DNA from: Leptospira biflexa
Lineage (GTDB): Bacteria; Spirochaetota; Leptospiria; Turneriellales; DYLW01
Reading direction: 5' to 3'
Assembly: GCA_020721865.1 (NCBI GenBank)
Contig: DYLW01000005.1
Span: 23,091-87,090, forward strand
DNA: 64,000 nt
Below the pieces are notes generated by a model. It did no database searches and was not told the origin of the DNA. It saw only the letters and a list, made by a program, of their open reading frames with translations. The position numbers and the translations under genes are program-made. Shown here one piece after another: positions 54,735-64,000 of the stretch (position 1 is the stretch's first letter; each line of letters starts with the position of its first letter).

Positions 54735-57032
54735 ATGAGCAGAATTCATGACAGGATTTCCGGAATAATCCCCGCACTAAAAATACGTGGCAAACTGGTT
54801 ATTTTTACCTCGCTTTTCATTGGGGTATCCGCAACAGCCCTTCTGTATTTTTTTATACAGTATGCCAACCAGAATATTAACCGTAACAATGAAATATCGT
54901 CGGATCTTATTTATGAGAGCGTGAAGAATACCGTGGAAAACTACTTCACCCGTAAATATCTTCTGGAGTATTCCCAGAAGAAAAGTGCTCTTCCTGGAAA
55001 AAGGAGGAATCTGGCCAATGAGACCCGCCTGAAAAAAGAGGTGGATGATGCCCTTCTGGCATTGAATGGTCTTTTTCTACGAAATCCTTATGATTTCCAG
55101 TTGATCATTTATGACAATAAAGAGTATGTCCGGTACCATTCTCACAGTGAATTCCGAAAGCTCCTCTATGGTTATAAGAACCCATTTTATTATTCCGATG
55201 AATTTAAACAATCAGATTATTATAAAATTAATAAAAAAAATCCGGTCGCCCGTATTATAGAAAAGCATTCCGTTATGGATACAAATATTCACAAGAAAGA
55301 AATGGCCACTCTTCAGGAAAAAACCCAGTCTTCCATGGCATTTTTTATCCCCGTGTACGCATCTCTGGAGGATCGTTTCGACCAGAGAAATCCACACCGG
55401 ATTGTAACATTAAAAGAAAGAGCCCTGACCTTGATGGAAAATTTCAGGAACCATCTTTCCTGGAAAACCCGAAAGGATTGGGAGGCCAATGAAGCGGAAT
55501 ATGATACCATAATGAAATCCTTGGACGTATTTGTACAATCCTGGGAGAAAGAAAAAAACGAAAAAAACAGAGGGAAGAAAATAACCTTTCAGGAGAGATA
55601 TTTTCGGCAGGATCCGGAAATGTACCGGAAGTATATCCGCCTGTATGATTTGGTTGGAAAACAGAAACAATTATGGAATACGGCCAACGAAGAAATACTG
55701 GATTATTACCGACAAAAAAAAGAAAAAATTCAGTACCGGATTCTTCATTCCAAAAATTCGTTGGAACGGGCATCGTTGGAATATGAACTTTTGGGTCCGT
55801 ATACGTTTGATAAACGTACCTATGAATATGCCTATATGCGGAGTGCTCTGGATTATGTATCCGTACAAGACCCATCAGATGTGGATACTTTATGGAAGTA
55901 TACCGTGAAATATAATAATTCCCTTTTTCATGACCAGACAAAAATCCGCTCTGAAGTGCTTTCCCGTTCGCTGATGGGGGTAGTGGAAATCCGCTTGTTC
56001 CTTTATGATCCGCTCATCTTTAAAGATAAAAGTATTAACAAAATTATTGACTCCGGGGTTGCCGTGGTTCTGCGGGGGTTGTTCATAGTTTTTCTTCTGG
56101 CTACTGTCTTTGTGAGGGATATTAAGAATCTGGCCCGGACTTCCATGAGAGTGAAAGAGGGGGATTTAACCGCCCGTTTCGTGGTAAACACACGGGATGA
56201 ACTTTCCGAGCTTGCGGATTCTTTCAACGTGATGGTCTCCGGGATGCGGGAAAAAGAAGAATTGCGTCATGAAATGATAACGGGAAAAATCATCCAGGAA
56301 AAACTTTTGCCCGCCTCCGACCAGTTGACCAAGGAGAACAGAATTGTATTTTCTTATCGCTACTATCCCATGTTGGGCATTGGCGGGGATTATATTGACT
56401 ATTTATACAGAAGCGAGGAAAGCGTAATTATCCTGAATGGGGATGTTTCCAGCCATGGGGTCAGTGCCGGGCTGGTGATGACCATGGTCCGTACCATCAT
56501 CCATATTATGGCACAAAAGGGCACCCCGCTGGAAGACATTGCCAGGGAAATTAACAAGATTGTGCACCGGGATACTCCCTCCAATATGTTCATCACCCTG
56601 TTCCTGGCCGATTTTAATCCCAAGACAAAAAAGATGGATTATATTTCCTGTGGACATAATATTCCGTTTCTGCTGCGGCCTGCCGGTGTGGAAAGACTTC
56701 CCGCCGGGGGTATGGCTCTGGGAGCACTGCCTCCCCTGATTTATGACAAGAGCGTAAAGAAACTATCCGTGGATATGAAGGATGGGGATATTCTGGTGCA
56801 GTATACGGATGGCTTAACAGAGGCAACAAATCCTGATGGGAAAATGTATGAGGACAATCGGCTGGAGAAAATTCTGCAAAAAATCCGGGAAAAAGGAATC
56901 TACGATCCGGAAAGAATTCTGGATCTCATCTCTGCCGATCTGAAGCAATATTCCGGGAAAAATCTGGATAAAGATGGATTCAGTGAGCTAGACGACGATG
57001 TGGCCCTGATAGTATTCAAGGTGATCCATTAG
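54735..57032 (+). CDS. HAMP-domain SpoIIE/PP2C-family serine phosphatase (RsbU-like) with a large N-terminal sensor region
   Basis: 765 aa. The layout is TM, then a domain of about 400 aa, then TM, then HAMP (RDELSELADSFNVMVSGM). PP2C motifs are GGDYIDY, GDVSSHGVSAG, YTDGLTEA and DDDVALIVF. Confidence 0.85.
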   Translation: MSRIHDRISGIIPALKIRGKLVIFTSLFIGVSATALLYFFIQYANQNINRNNEISSDLIYESVKNTVENYFTRKYLLEYSQKKSALPGKRRNLANETRLKKEVDDALLALNGLFLRNPYDFQLIIYDNKEYVRYHSHSEFRKLLYGYKNPFYYSDEFKQSDYYKINKKNPVARIIEKHSVMDTNIHKKEMATLQEKTQSSMAFFIPVYASLEDRFDQRNPHRIVTLKERALTLMENFRNHLSWKTRKDWEANEAEYDTIMKSLDVFVQSWEKEKNEKNRGKKITFQERYFRQDPEMYRKYIRLYDLVGKQKQLWNTANEEILDYYRQKKEKIQYRILHSKNSLERASLEYELLGPYTFDKRTYEYAYMRSALDYVSVQDPSDVDTLWKYTVKYNNSLFHDQTKIRSEVLSRSLMGVVEIRLFLYDPLIFKDKSINKIIDSGVAVVLRGLFIVFLLATVFVRDIKNLARTSMRVKEGDLTARFVVNTRDELSELADSFNVMVSGMREKEELRHEMITGKIIQEKLLPASDQLTKENRIVFSYRYYPMLGIGGDYIDYLYRSEESVIILNGDVSSHGVSAGLVMTMVRTIIHIMAQKGTPLEDIAREINKIVHRDTPSNMFITLFLADFNPKTKKMDYISCGHNIPFLLRPAGVERLPAGGMALGALPPLIYDKSVKKLSVDMKDGDILVQYTDGLTEATNPDGKMYEDNRLEKILQKIREKGIYDPERILDLISADLKQYSGKNLDKDGFSELDDDVALIVFKVIH

Positions 57033-59079
57033 AGAAAATTTCCCGGGGCCGGGAACCAATTTGGGCACCAATAAGACCCCGGGCTTCTAGGGCTTCTATG
57101 ATCCGGGCGGCACGGTTATACCCAATCCGGAATCGCCTTTGGAGGGAGCTGGCGGAAGCTTTCTGGGTTTCCTTGATAAATTGCCAGGATTTTTCCAGCA
57201 ATTCTTCTTCCTCTGCGTTCAATTCCCCGGAGTTGCTTTTGGGATCATCCAAGCGGATATACACCGGCTTACCATAAGTCATGGCCTTCTTTACCACGTT
57301 TTCCACCTCTGCATCTTCCACCAGAGGAGCCTGTGCCCGGATTAACTGGGATTTGGCCGGATGCTTGAACAGGAGATCTCCCTGACCCAGGAGTGCTTCT
57401 GCCCCGTTGGAATCCAGAATGGTGCGGGAATCCGTTTTCTGTGCCACCTGCAGGGCAATCCGGGCCGGGAAATTCGCTTTAATGATGCCGGTGATCACAT
57501 CCACGGAAGGTCTCTGGGTGGCAAGAATCAGATGGATGCCCACCGCTCTGGCTTTCTGGGAAAGGCGGACGATGCTGTCCTGGACTTCTTTCCCGGCCAT
57601 CATCATGAGATCCCCCAGCTCATCAATCAGGATGATGATATACGGCATGGGGGGAATTTTTCTGTGGGTGTTTTTTATTTTTTCATTGAACGCCCGGATA
57701 TCCCTTACCTTTAATTCCAGAAGATCTTCATAGCGGCGCTCCATTTCTTCCACTGCCCAGTTCAAGGCCAGGATTGCTTTCTGGTGATCGGTGATGACGG
57801 GATGCAAGAGGTGGGGTATGTCATTGTAATGAGAGAGTTCCACCAGCTTGGGATCTACCATCAGAAAACGAATATAATCCGGCCCCATGTTCAGGATAAA
57901 ATTGGTGATGATGGAATTTACGGTTACGGATTTCCCCGAACCGGTTGCTCCGGCAATTAACAGGTGAGGCATTTTACTCAAATCAAAACTCACCGGGTTT
58001 CCCGCAATGTCTTTCCCAAGCGGAACCGGTAAATTCATTTCGTTTTCATAGAAAGTTTTATCATTCAATAAGTCCCCCAGAGTTACCGGCATTCTGTTTT
58101 TATGGGGAATTTCAATGCCCACGGTGGCTCTACCCGGTATGGGGGCTTCAATCCGGACGCTGATGGCTTCCATGGCCATGGCAATGTCATCGGTCAGACC
58201 CAGAACCCGGGAGACTTTGATACCGGGTTCCAGTTTGATTTCATAGCGGGTGATGATGGGTCCATCCTGGATACCCACCACTTTCCCCACAATCGAAAAT
58301 TGAGCCAGAGAGTCTTCCAATTTCTGGATGATTTTTTCCGTTTCTTTATGGTCTCTCATAAAACGGTTTTGTTTCTGGATTTTCAGAATCTGAAATGGTA
58401 TTTCATACTGGCGGTTGACGTGGATGACCGGCGTAATGGAAGCCATATCGGAAGTATCTCCAGGAAAAGAGACAATCTTTTTCTGTGGTATAACTTCCTC
58501 TGGATCCGGGGATAAATCTTTTTCCAGTTCCTGAATGGATTCTTTGGTCAGCAGGGGTATTTCCCTGGGTTCTATGATTGTCTGCTCCGGGGATTCGGTA
58601 TCTTCCGGGAAAGGGTCATTATCCATCCGGATGTCTTCATCGACCGGATTTTTTTCTTCCCTCTCTTCCCACTGTTCCGAATCCTCCTGGATTTCCGTGA
58701 TTCTGTCCGCAGAGGGGCTCTCCCAATACGGCTCCCCTGCCTGCAAAGTACCATTTTCCGGAAAATATTCCTCTTCCTGTATGGATTCTTCTTTTGGGAA
58801 ATATACACTATCCGCAGAGTGGTTTTCAAATACACCGGGAAAGCCAAAGTAAAAAATATTCGATGAGGATTTTACTGCGGAGGATTGATTTTCATTATCG
58901 GCGGGCTTTATTTCATATATTTTAGTTTCAGGAGAGTGCAGGGATAATCCACTTTTTCCACCCAGGAACTTTCTGGTCTTTTGTGGTAAGTCAAAAGAAA
59001 TATCCGCATAATTGCGGGATATCCAGGGAATTTTACCCCCGGCTTCTCCGGAAATTTCTTTTTTTTCCAGCCATTTCAT
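57016..59079 (-). CDS. ftsK: FtsK/SpoIIIE-family DNA translocase lacking an N-terminal membrane domain
   Basis: Walker A GATGSGKSV, Walker B IILIDELGDLMM, and a C-terminal gamma-like winged helix (SSLQRRFRIGYNRAARIIE). The ATG at 59079 overlaps the uppP stop as ATGA. The track's 59229 start runs into uppP. Confidence 0.85.
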   Translation of the reverse strand: MKWLEKKEISGEAGGKIPWISRNYADISFDLPQKTRKFLGGKSGLSLHSPETKIYEIKPADNENQSSAVKSSSNIFYFGFPGVFENHSADSVYFPKEESIQEEEYFPENGTLQAGEPYWESPSADRITEIQEDSEQWEEREEKNPVDEDIRMDNDPFPEDTESPEQTIIEPREIPLLTKESIQELEKDLSPDPEEVIPQKKIVSFPGDTSDMASITPVIHVNRQYEIPFQILKIQKQNRFMRDHKETEKIIQKLEDSLAQFSIVGKVVGIQDGPIITRYEIKLEPGIKVSRVLGLTDDIAMAMEAISVRIEAPIPGRATVGIEIPHKNRMPVTLGDLLNDKTFYENEMNLPVPLGKDIAGNPVSFDLSKMPHLLIAGATGSGKSVTVNSIITNFILNMGPDYIRFLMVDPKLVELSHYNDIPHLLHPVITDHQKAILALNWAVEEMERRYEDLLELKVRDIRAFNEKIKNTHRKIPPMPYIIILIDELGDLMMMAGKEVQDSIVRLSQKARAVGIHLILATQRPSVDVITGIIKANFPARIALQVAQKTDSRTILDSNGAEALLGQGDLLFKHPAKSQLIRAQAPLVEDAEVENVVKKAMTYGKPVYIRLDDPKSNSGELNAEEEELLEKSWQFIKETQKASASSLQRRFRIGYNRAARIIEALEARGLIGAQIGSRPREIFSNGSP

Positions 59080-59915
59080 AAATAGACAAATAGTATCCAC
59101 AATCCCAGAAGAAGGGTATAAAAACCAAAAGGATAGATAATCATTTTTTTGCCCATCCATAGCAGAACCCGGATGGAAAACATTCCGGCCAGAAAAGAGC
59201 TTCCCATCCCTATGATGAGATAATCCCACTGGACCTTCATTGCAGATAGATGACTCATCTCCAGAAGATTGGCAGCGATGAGAACGGGAATGGAAAGAAA
59301 AAAGCTGTAACGGATAGCTTCTTCTCCTTTCAATTTCATGATTAATCCGGAGGCAATGGTGGAACCGGAACGGGAAATGCCGGGGAATACAGCGAAAATC
59401 TGGAAAAGGCCAATGATCAGAAGCGATGGGATTTTCATGTCCTCAATATTTTGGGAATTTCTTTCCGAGTTTTTTTTCACAATGATCAAATCCGTCACAG
59501 AAAGAAAAATACCGTTCACTATAAAGAAAAAGGCAATGAAGTAAAGGGAATTTGCGGATTGTTCCACAAAGTCTTTATAAAAAGGTACAGCCAAAACGGG
59601 TAGGGTTCCCCAAAAAACACTCATGGAAATTTTAAATCGTTTTTCCCCAAAGTCTTTCTGCTTTAAGGAAGAAAAAAATCCCAGAATTAATTCCAGAATA
59701 TCTTTACGCCAGTATACAAGTACGGCAATCAGTGTGCCAAAATGCAGAAAGATATTAAATTGCAACAGAGTGAAATTCTTTTCCAATTCCATAGTCTGGG
59801 TCTTGAAAAATTCCAGATTCTGAAAAAAGGCCAGATGGCCACTGCTGGAGATCGGCAAAAATTCGGTGAGTCCCTGGATAATCCCCAGGAAAATGATGAA
59901 CCAGTAAATTCCCAT
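59076..59915 (-). CDS. uppP: Undecaprenyl-diphosphate phosphatase
   Basis: 279 aa. GIIQGLTEFLPISSSGHL and PGISRSGSTI. Confidence 0.92.
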   Translation of the reverse strand: MGIYWFIIFLGIIQGLTEFLPISSSGHLAFFQNLEFFKTQTMELEKNFTLLQFNIFLHFGTLIAVLVYWRKDILELILGFFSSLKQKDFGEKRFKISMSVFWGTLPVLAVPFYKDFVEQSANSLYFIAFFFIVNGIFLSVTDLIIVKKNSERNSQNIEDMKIPSLLIIGLFQIFAVFPGISRSGSTIASGLIMKLKGEEAIRYSFFLSIPVLIAANLLEMSHLSAMKVQWDYLIIGMGSSFLAGMFSIRVLLWMGKKMIIYPFGFYTLLLGLWILFVYL

Positions 59916-59956
59916 AATATAATATCGGAACGTTGGAGGGGAAAATTAGAAAGGTT

Positions 59957-60607
59957 TTACGCGATGCGGATTTTTACTGCCAGAGCATTTTTCCCATAGG
60001 AATAGATTTTTCCGTCAAATCCAGCCAGAAATTCTTCCGCACCGGCATATTCCTTCTTTTTGTGGGGTATTTGCAGGATCATCAATGCCGATTGGGAAGG
60101 ATATGCAGAGAGAATTCTGGAAAACCCATCCACCAACTGAGCATAATGCTCCGGGTTTTTTTCCGCAAAGGAATACGGTGGATCGGCAAAAAATACCAGG
60201 GTTTTATCGCCGGTAATTTCCGGGGGAGCATTTTCCAGGAACCGGGATAAAAATTCCACGGCTTTGGTTTTAAGTAAACTACTGTTTTTTTCTCCGGGCA
60301 ATGAACCCAGTATTTCCCGGATTTGAAGAAAGCGTCTTTTTTCCGGTTCCAGAAACCAGACATGGTGGAATCCACGGGAAAGGGCTTCCAGTCCCATCTG
60401 CCCGGAGCCGGAATATAGATCAAAAAATACATTCCGGGAAGCCCGGGGGGAGGCATTGGAGATGATCTGGAAGACAGCTTCTTTCATTACCGCCGGGGTC
60501 GCGGCGTTATGGCCGTGCACCTCCGCCGGAAGGGGAATGAGCCGTCCTTTTAGGCTTCCCTGGGATATCCGTATTCCTTTAAGCTTCACGGGAGGAATTG
60601 GAGTCAA
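59957..60607 (-). CDS. rsmD: 16S rRNA (guanine966-N2)-methyltransferase RsmD
   Basis: FDLYSGSGQMGLEALSRG and FADPPY. Confidence 0.85.
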   Translation of the reverse strand: MTPIPPVKLKGIRISQGSLKGRLIPLPAEVHGHNAATPAVMKEAVFQIISNASPRASRNVFFDLYSGSGQMGLEALSRGFHHVWFLEPEKRRFLQIREILGSLPGEKNSSLLKTKAVEFLSRFLENAPPEITGDKTLVFFADPPYSFAEKNPEHYAQLVDGFSRILSAYPSQSALMILQIPHKKKEYAGAEEFLAGFDGKIYSYGKNALAVKIRIA

Positions 60608-62018
60608 TCTGGTATTTTTTCAGGCGGTCGTACAGGGTTTTTCTGGAAATCCCCAGAATTCTTGCCGTCTGGGATATGTTGTTCTGATTTTGCTGGAGCA
60701 CTTCCTGGATATAATTTTTTTCCAAGGTAAAAAGCGATGTTTTTTCCTGGTTCTTTTCGCTTTCCGGAGTCATGGTTTTGTTTTTTAACTGGATGATGCA
60801 TTTTTCCACAAGCGGATTCTTCAGAAATTCCGAGGATTTGATATGATAAAAATCGTCCAGAGAAACACCGGAACGGGAAGCAAGGGATAAAAGAATGAAG
60901 AGAAAGTCATGGAGTACTTCATAGGTATACTTGTGTGCGTATTCCAGAAGAAGAGTCCGGATGGACGTATCCAGTTTTATTTTTCTATTTGTTATATCCT
61001 GATACCACTGAAATAAATGTTCCAGAATTAAATTAATATCGCCGGCCCTGCTCTGGAGAGGGGGGAAAACCACGGAAAAGTTTTTCAGGCGGTAGTATAA
61101 ATCCTGACGGAGTTTACCTTTGTCTACATGTTTCTTTAAATTGGTGGTAGCAGTAAGAATTATCTTAAAGCGGGAGTGCTGGAAAATATCCGGCTCCTTT
61201 GATGCCTTGAGCAGCTTTTCCTGTAGATTCCAGTGAAGATGCTCCATACCGGTTACAATATAAATACCACGTTTATTACGGTCATGGGAGGAATAAAGGA
61301 TTTCATTCAGAATGGTTTTCTGCATTTTAAGATCATGTTCACCCAGCCGGATATTAAAAACCGCGTCCGATGGGTTATGGATATGAAAATGGGTATTCAT
61401 GAAGCGGGTGAGGTACTGGATATCCCAGGGATGGGAGGCCAAAAGAAGCATGGGTTCCCGGGAATGAAGACCGTCGGAAAATTGATGATTAAAATTCATA
61501 ATTTCCTCAGAAATCCCCTGAAAAAACAGAGCCTGGGGTTTTTGTTCCGCAGAGGAAGAGGGAACCATACTCTGGGAATAAAAAAGAACGGTACGCTCCT
61601 GATTCATTCTTTTTACTGTTTCCTCCAGATAATTGACAAAATTTTCTATAAACATTATATCGTCATTGGCGGAATGGGAAATATAAAAACCTATGTTCAA
61701 ATCTCCTTTTTCCGCGATAAATTCAGGATACTCATCCTTCTCTACCAGAAATATAATGTAATGACTATCCTTGGGAGATGTAAATTGTTTCATAATATCC
61801 CGGAGCGAACCACCGGAGGGACGGATGGAATAGTCTATGATGATTAAATCCACAAACAGTTTCCGTGCATAGCGGGCTCCCAGGGTCAAAGTGGAGGATA
61901 TGGACAGATCAAACCGGTTTTTGAGACCACTTTTCAGCAGATTTCGGCGGTTCTGGGAGGCAGAGATGAACAGAATGGAATGCACAAAGAAAATTTTTAA
62001 ATTTAGGTAGACTGTCAA
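60579..62018 (-). CDS. NtrC-family-like transcriptional regulator with degenerate receiver and degenerate sigma54-AAA+ domains and an intact Fis-type HTH
   Basis: 479 aa. The C-terminus is ISQTARILGISRKTLYDRLKK. The central region aligns by eye to sigma54 activators (RQDLYYRLKNFSVVFPPLQSRAGDI), but Walker A is LLLASHPWD and Walker B is IYIVTGMEHL. It has a TTG start. Confidence 0.7.
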   Translation of the reverse strand: MTVYLNLKIFFVHSILFISASQNRRNLLKSGLKNRFDLSISSTLTLGARYARKLFVDLIIIDYSIRPSGGSLRDIMKQFTSPKDSHYIIFLVEKDEYPEFIAEKGDLNIGFYISHSANDDIMFIENFVNYLEETVKRMNQERTVLFYSQSMVPSSSAEQKPQALFFQGISEEIMNFNHQFSDGLHSREPMLLLASHPWDIQYLTRFMNTHFHIHNPSDAVFNIRLGEHDLKMQKTILNEILYSSHDRNKRGIYIVTGMEHLHWNLQEKLLKASKEPDIFQHSRFKIILTATTNLKKHVDKGKLRQDLYYRLKNFSVVFPPLQSRAGDINLILEHLFQWYQDITNRKIKLDTSIRTLLLEYAHKYTYEVLHDFLFILLSLASRSGVSLDDFYHIKSSEFLKNPLVEKCIIQLKNKTMTPESEKNQEKTSLFTLEKNYIQEVLQQNQNNISQTARILGISRKTLYDRLKKYQIDSNSSREA

Positions 62019-62041
62019 GAGGATTCTTAAAAAATGTGTAA

Positions 62042-63148
62042 ATGAGCAATATTTTGGGTAATTTTCTGAAACTCACCAGCTATGGGGAGTCCCATGGCCA
62101 CTCTATTGGGGGGATTATTGATAATTTTCCCGCAAATATCCCCATAGACGTGGGTTTTATCCAGGAGCAACTGGAAAAACGACGCCCCGGAGCCTCTTCC
62201 ATTGCCACATCCCGCAAAGAAAGTGACCGGATTCAGATTTTATCCGGGGTTTTTGAAGGCAGATCCACCGGAGCTTCCATTGCCTTTATGGTGGAAAACC
62301 AGGATGCCCGCAGTAAAGATTATAACGAAATGGAGAGGTTATTTCGCCCCAACCATGCCGATTATGGAACCTGGGCCAAGTATGGCATCCGGGACCACCG
62401 GGGGGGAGGCCGCTCCTCCGCAAGAACCACCATTTCCTTAGTGGTGGCCGGAGCTTTTGCCCAGCTTTTTTTGAAAGAGGTCTCGAATATGGAATTTTTA
62501 GCCTATGTAAAATCCGTGGCGGACATACGTGATCCAGGGGATTATGAAAATGGTAACTATCCGGAGCTGGAAAAGCAAGCCTATGCAAACGATGTACGGA
62601 TGATATCGGAAGAACATGCCGCTCTTGCCCGCCGGAAAATTGAACAAGCCCGGAGTAACGGTGACTCTGTGGGCGGTAGAATCCAGCTTTTGGTGAAAAA
62701 TGTGCCTGCCGGACTGGGGAATCCGGTTTTTCTGAAATATGATGCCTATCTGGCTTTTGCCATGATGAATATTCCGGCTGTCCGGTATGTTTCGATGGGC
62801 GATGGAATCCAGGCTCCGCAAGAGAACGGGTCATCGTTCAATGATATTTTTGAGGTGGTGGACGGAAAACCCCGGACCAGAACCAACCATTCCGGTGGGG
62901 TGCAGGGGGGGATCACCAATGGAATGCCCATCACATTGGAAATTGGTTTCAAGCCAGTGCCCACCATTATGAAAGAGCAACCCACCATAGACACTTCCCT
63001 GCAGGCCGGGGTAATAAAGGGAAGGGGACGGCATGATCCCTGTGTGGTGCCCCGTGCGGTGCCCATCGTGGCCAATACAGCCGCCTTTGTGACAGCGGAT
63101 TTTTATTTAATGAACCGTACCGCCCGGAAGGAGTATTTTGATGAATGA
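62042..63148 (+). CDS. aroC: Chorismate synthase
   Basis: 368 aa. TSYGESHGHSIGGII, RPGHADY-like RPNHADY, and GGGRSSARTT. Confidence 0.93.
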   Translation: MSNILGNFLKLTSYGESHGHSIGGIIDNFPANIPIDVGFIQEQLEKRRPGASSIATSRKESDRIQILSGVFEGRSTGASIAFMVENQDARSKDYNEMERLFRPNHADYGTWAKYGIRDHRGGGRSSARTTISLVVAGAFAQLFLKEVSNMEFLAYVKSVADIRDPGDYENGNYPELEKQAYANDVRMISEEHAALARRKIEQARSNGDSVGGRIQLLVKNVPAGLGNPVFLKYDAYLAFAMMNIPAVRYVSMGDGIQAPQENGSSFNDIFEVVDGKPRTRTNHSGGVQGGITNGMPITLEIGFKPVPTIMKEQPTIDTSLQAGVIKGRGRHDPCVVPRAVPIVANTAAFVTADFYLMNRTARKEYFDE

Positions 63149-64000
63149 AGAAATGGAAAAAAAAGAGTTTTGGGTTCTTCCGGATGTGGTGGCCGTCCTG
63201 CCCGGAGAAGTAAAAAAAACCAATATTATTATAAAAGACAAAAAAATACATGAAGTCGCTGATATTCTTCCACAATATATTACTTCCACAAATGTGCAGA
63301 CAAAGGAGGATGTCCGGGGCTTATTTGTTTTTCCGGGATTTATTGATCCCCATGTCCATTTCCGCACTCCGGGCAAAGAAAATGCCGAAAACTGGAACAC
63401 TGGCTCCCGGGCTGCCCTTTTTGCGGGGGTTACCACCGTTCTGGATATGCCCAATACCAAGCCGCCGGTGGTGGATGCCCCAAGCTGGACTGCGAAGGAG
63501 AAGGCCATCCGGAGAGATTCCCTCATTAACTATGGGATTATTCCGGGATTCACCGGGGATAATATGGAATTCTTATCCGGGAATCTGAGTTTTAAGGCAG
63601 TAAAAGTGTTTTTGGCGTCCTCAACCGGAAATCTGCTTCTATCCCATCCGGAGAAACTCATACGTTTAATAGCCCTGGATAAGAAAATTATCCTTCATTC
63701 CGAACTGGAAAGCCGCATAATAAACAGAGCCTTCCGCTATTCCATGAAAAATATCCGGAATCATTCCCGTATCCGGGATGAAAAATCGGCATGGATGCAA
63801 ACAAAAGAGATTGTACAGAAATTTCCGGAATTGGCTTCCCGGATGCATTTTGCCCATGTTTCCACCGAACAGGAATTAACCTTTTTAATGAAACATAAAA
63901 TTTCTTTTGAGGTGAGTCCCAATCATATTTTCATCCATACCGATGACTATGACCGGTTGGGTGCAATGATCAAATGCAATCCTCCCGTCAGGAAAAAATC
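63141..64000 (+). CDS. pyrC: Dihydroorotase-family amidohydrolase, N-terminal part; runs off the window
   Basis: Hand translation from the ATG at 63141 stays open to base 64000. It contains FPGFIDPHVHFRTPG and GVTTVLDMPNTKPP. It overlaps the aroC stop by 8 nt and is absent from the track because there is no stop in the window. Confidence 0.8.
   Translation, partial: MNEEMEKKEFWVLPDVVAVLPGEVKKTNIIIKDKKIHEVADILPQYITSTNVQTKEDVRGLFVFPGFIDPHVHFRTPGKENAENWNTGSRAALFAGVTTVLDMPNTKPPVVDAPSWTAKEKAIRRDSLINYGIIPGFTGDNMEFLSGNLSFKAVKVFLASSTGNLLLSHPEKLIRLIALDKKIILHSELESRIINRAFRYSMKNIRNHSRIRDEKSAWMQTKEIVQKFPELASRMHFAHVSTEQELTFLMKHKISFEVSPNHIFIHTDDYDRLGAMIKCNPPVRKK

Overview
This 64 kb window is a densely packed, mostly housekeeping chromosomal segment from a motile diderm bacterium. 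Diderm status is suggested by LptF/G, Mla/MCE and a GspC-like gene. The flgB-flgC-fliE-fliF-fliG-fliH-fliI-fliJ-flbB/ylxF order, a FapA/DUF342 gene, OmpL47-type repeats and STAS/SpoIIE partner-switching genes are reminiscent of spirochaetes, but the taxon cannot be fixed from sequence alone. I support about 65 CDSs, one tRNA (anticodon CAT), two short tandem repeats, one strong 22-bp hairpin and one bidirectional terminator-like hairpin. I saw no rRNA, CRISPR array, transposase or integrase. Recognisable blocks are: perR-cysK-cysE; rpmH-rnpA-yidD-ndk-ispA-tlyA; trpE-trpG; tatA-tatC; thrC-asd; pepA-mtnP-mlaEFDD; the flagellar rod/MS-ring/export-ATPase operon; ribF; and ftsK-uppP-rsmD, aroC, pyrC. 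The most interesting locus is a two-gene, overlapping, minus-strand cassette at 27314-29177. It encodes an ABC-type (AAA_15/21-like, DUF3696-like C-terminus) ATPase followed by a protein with the full PIN-nuclease acidic signature. It sits between a permease and pepA, looks AT-richer by eye and lacks the Shine-Dalgarno sequences seen on neighbouring genes. The ATPase-plus-nuclease layout parallels Septu, PARIS, Gabija and AbiL, but the PIN effector is not one I can assign to a named system, so I flag it as a candidate uncharacterised anti-phage system. Secondary items are listed below.
- A COG1373-type AAA+/DUF4143 ATPase with a PD-(D/E)xK-like tail, preceded by a perfect 22-bp hairpin.
- An NtrC-like regulator with degenerate receiver and AAA+ motifs.
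- An FtsK lacking its membrane anchor.
- A Cys4 insertion in CysE.
- A 39-aa lysine-rich micro-ORF missed by the ORF track.
- A 20-bp tandem duplication that creates a relay mini-ORF between fliI and fliJ.
All domain calls come from motif recognition by eye. None has been confirmed by HMM or BLAST searches.
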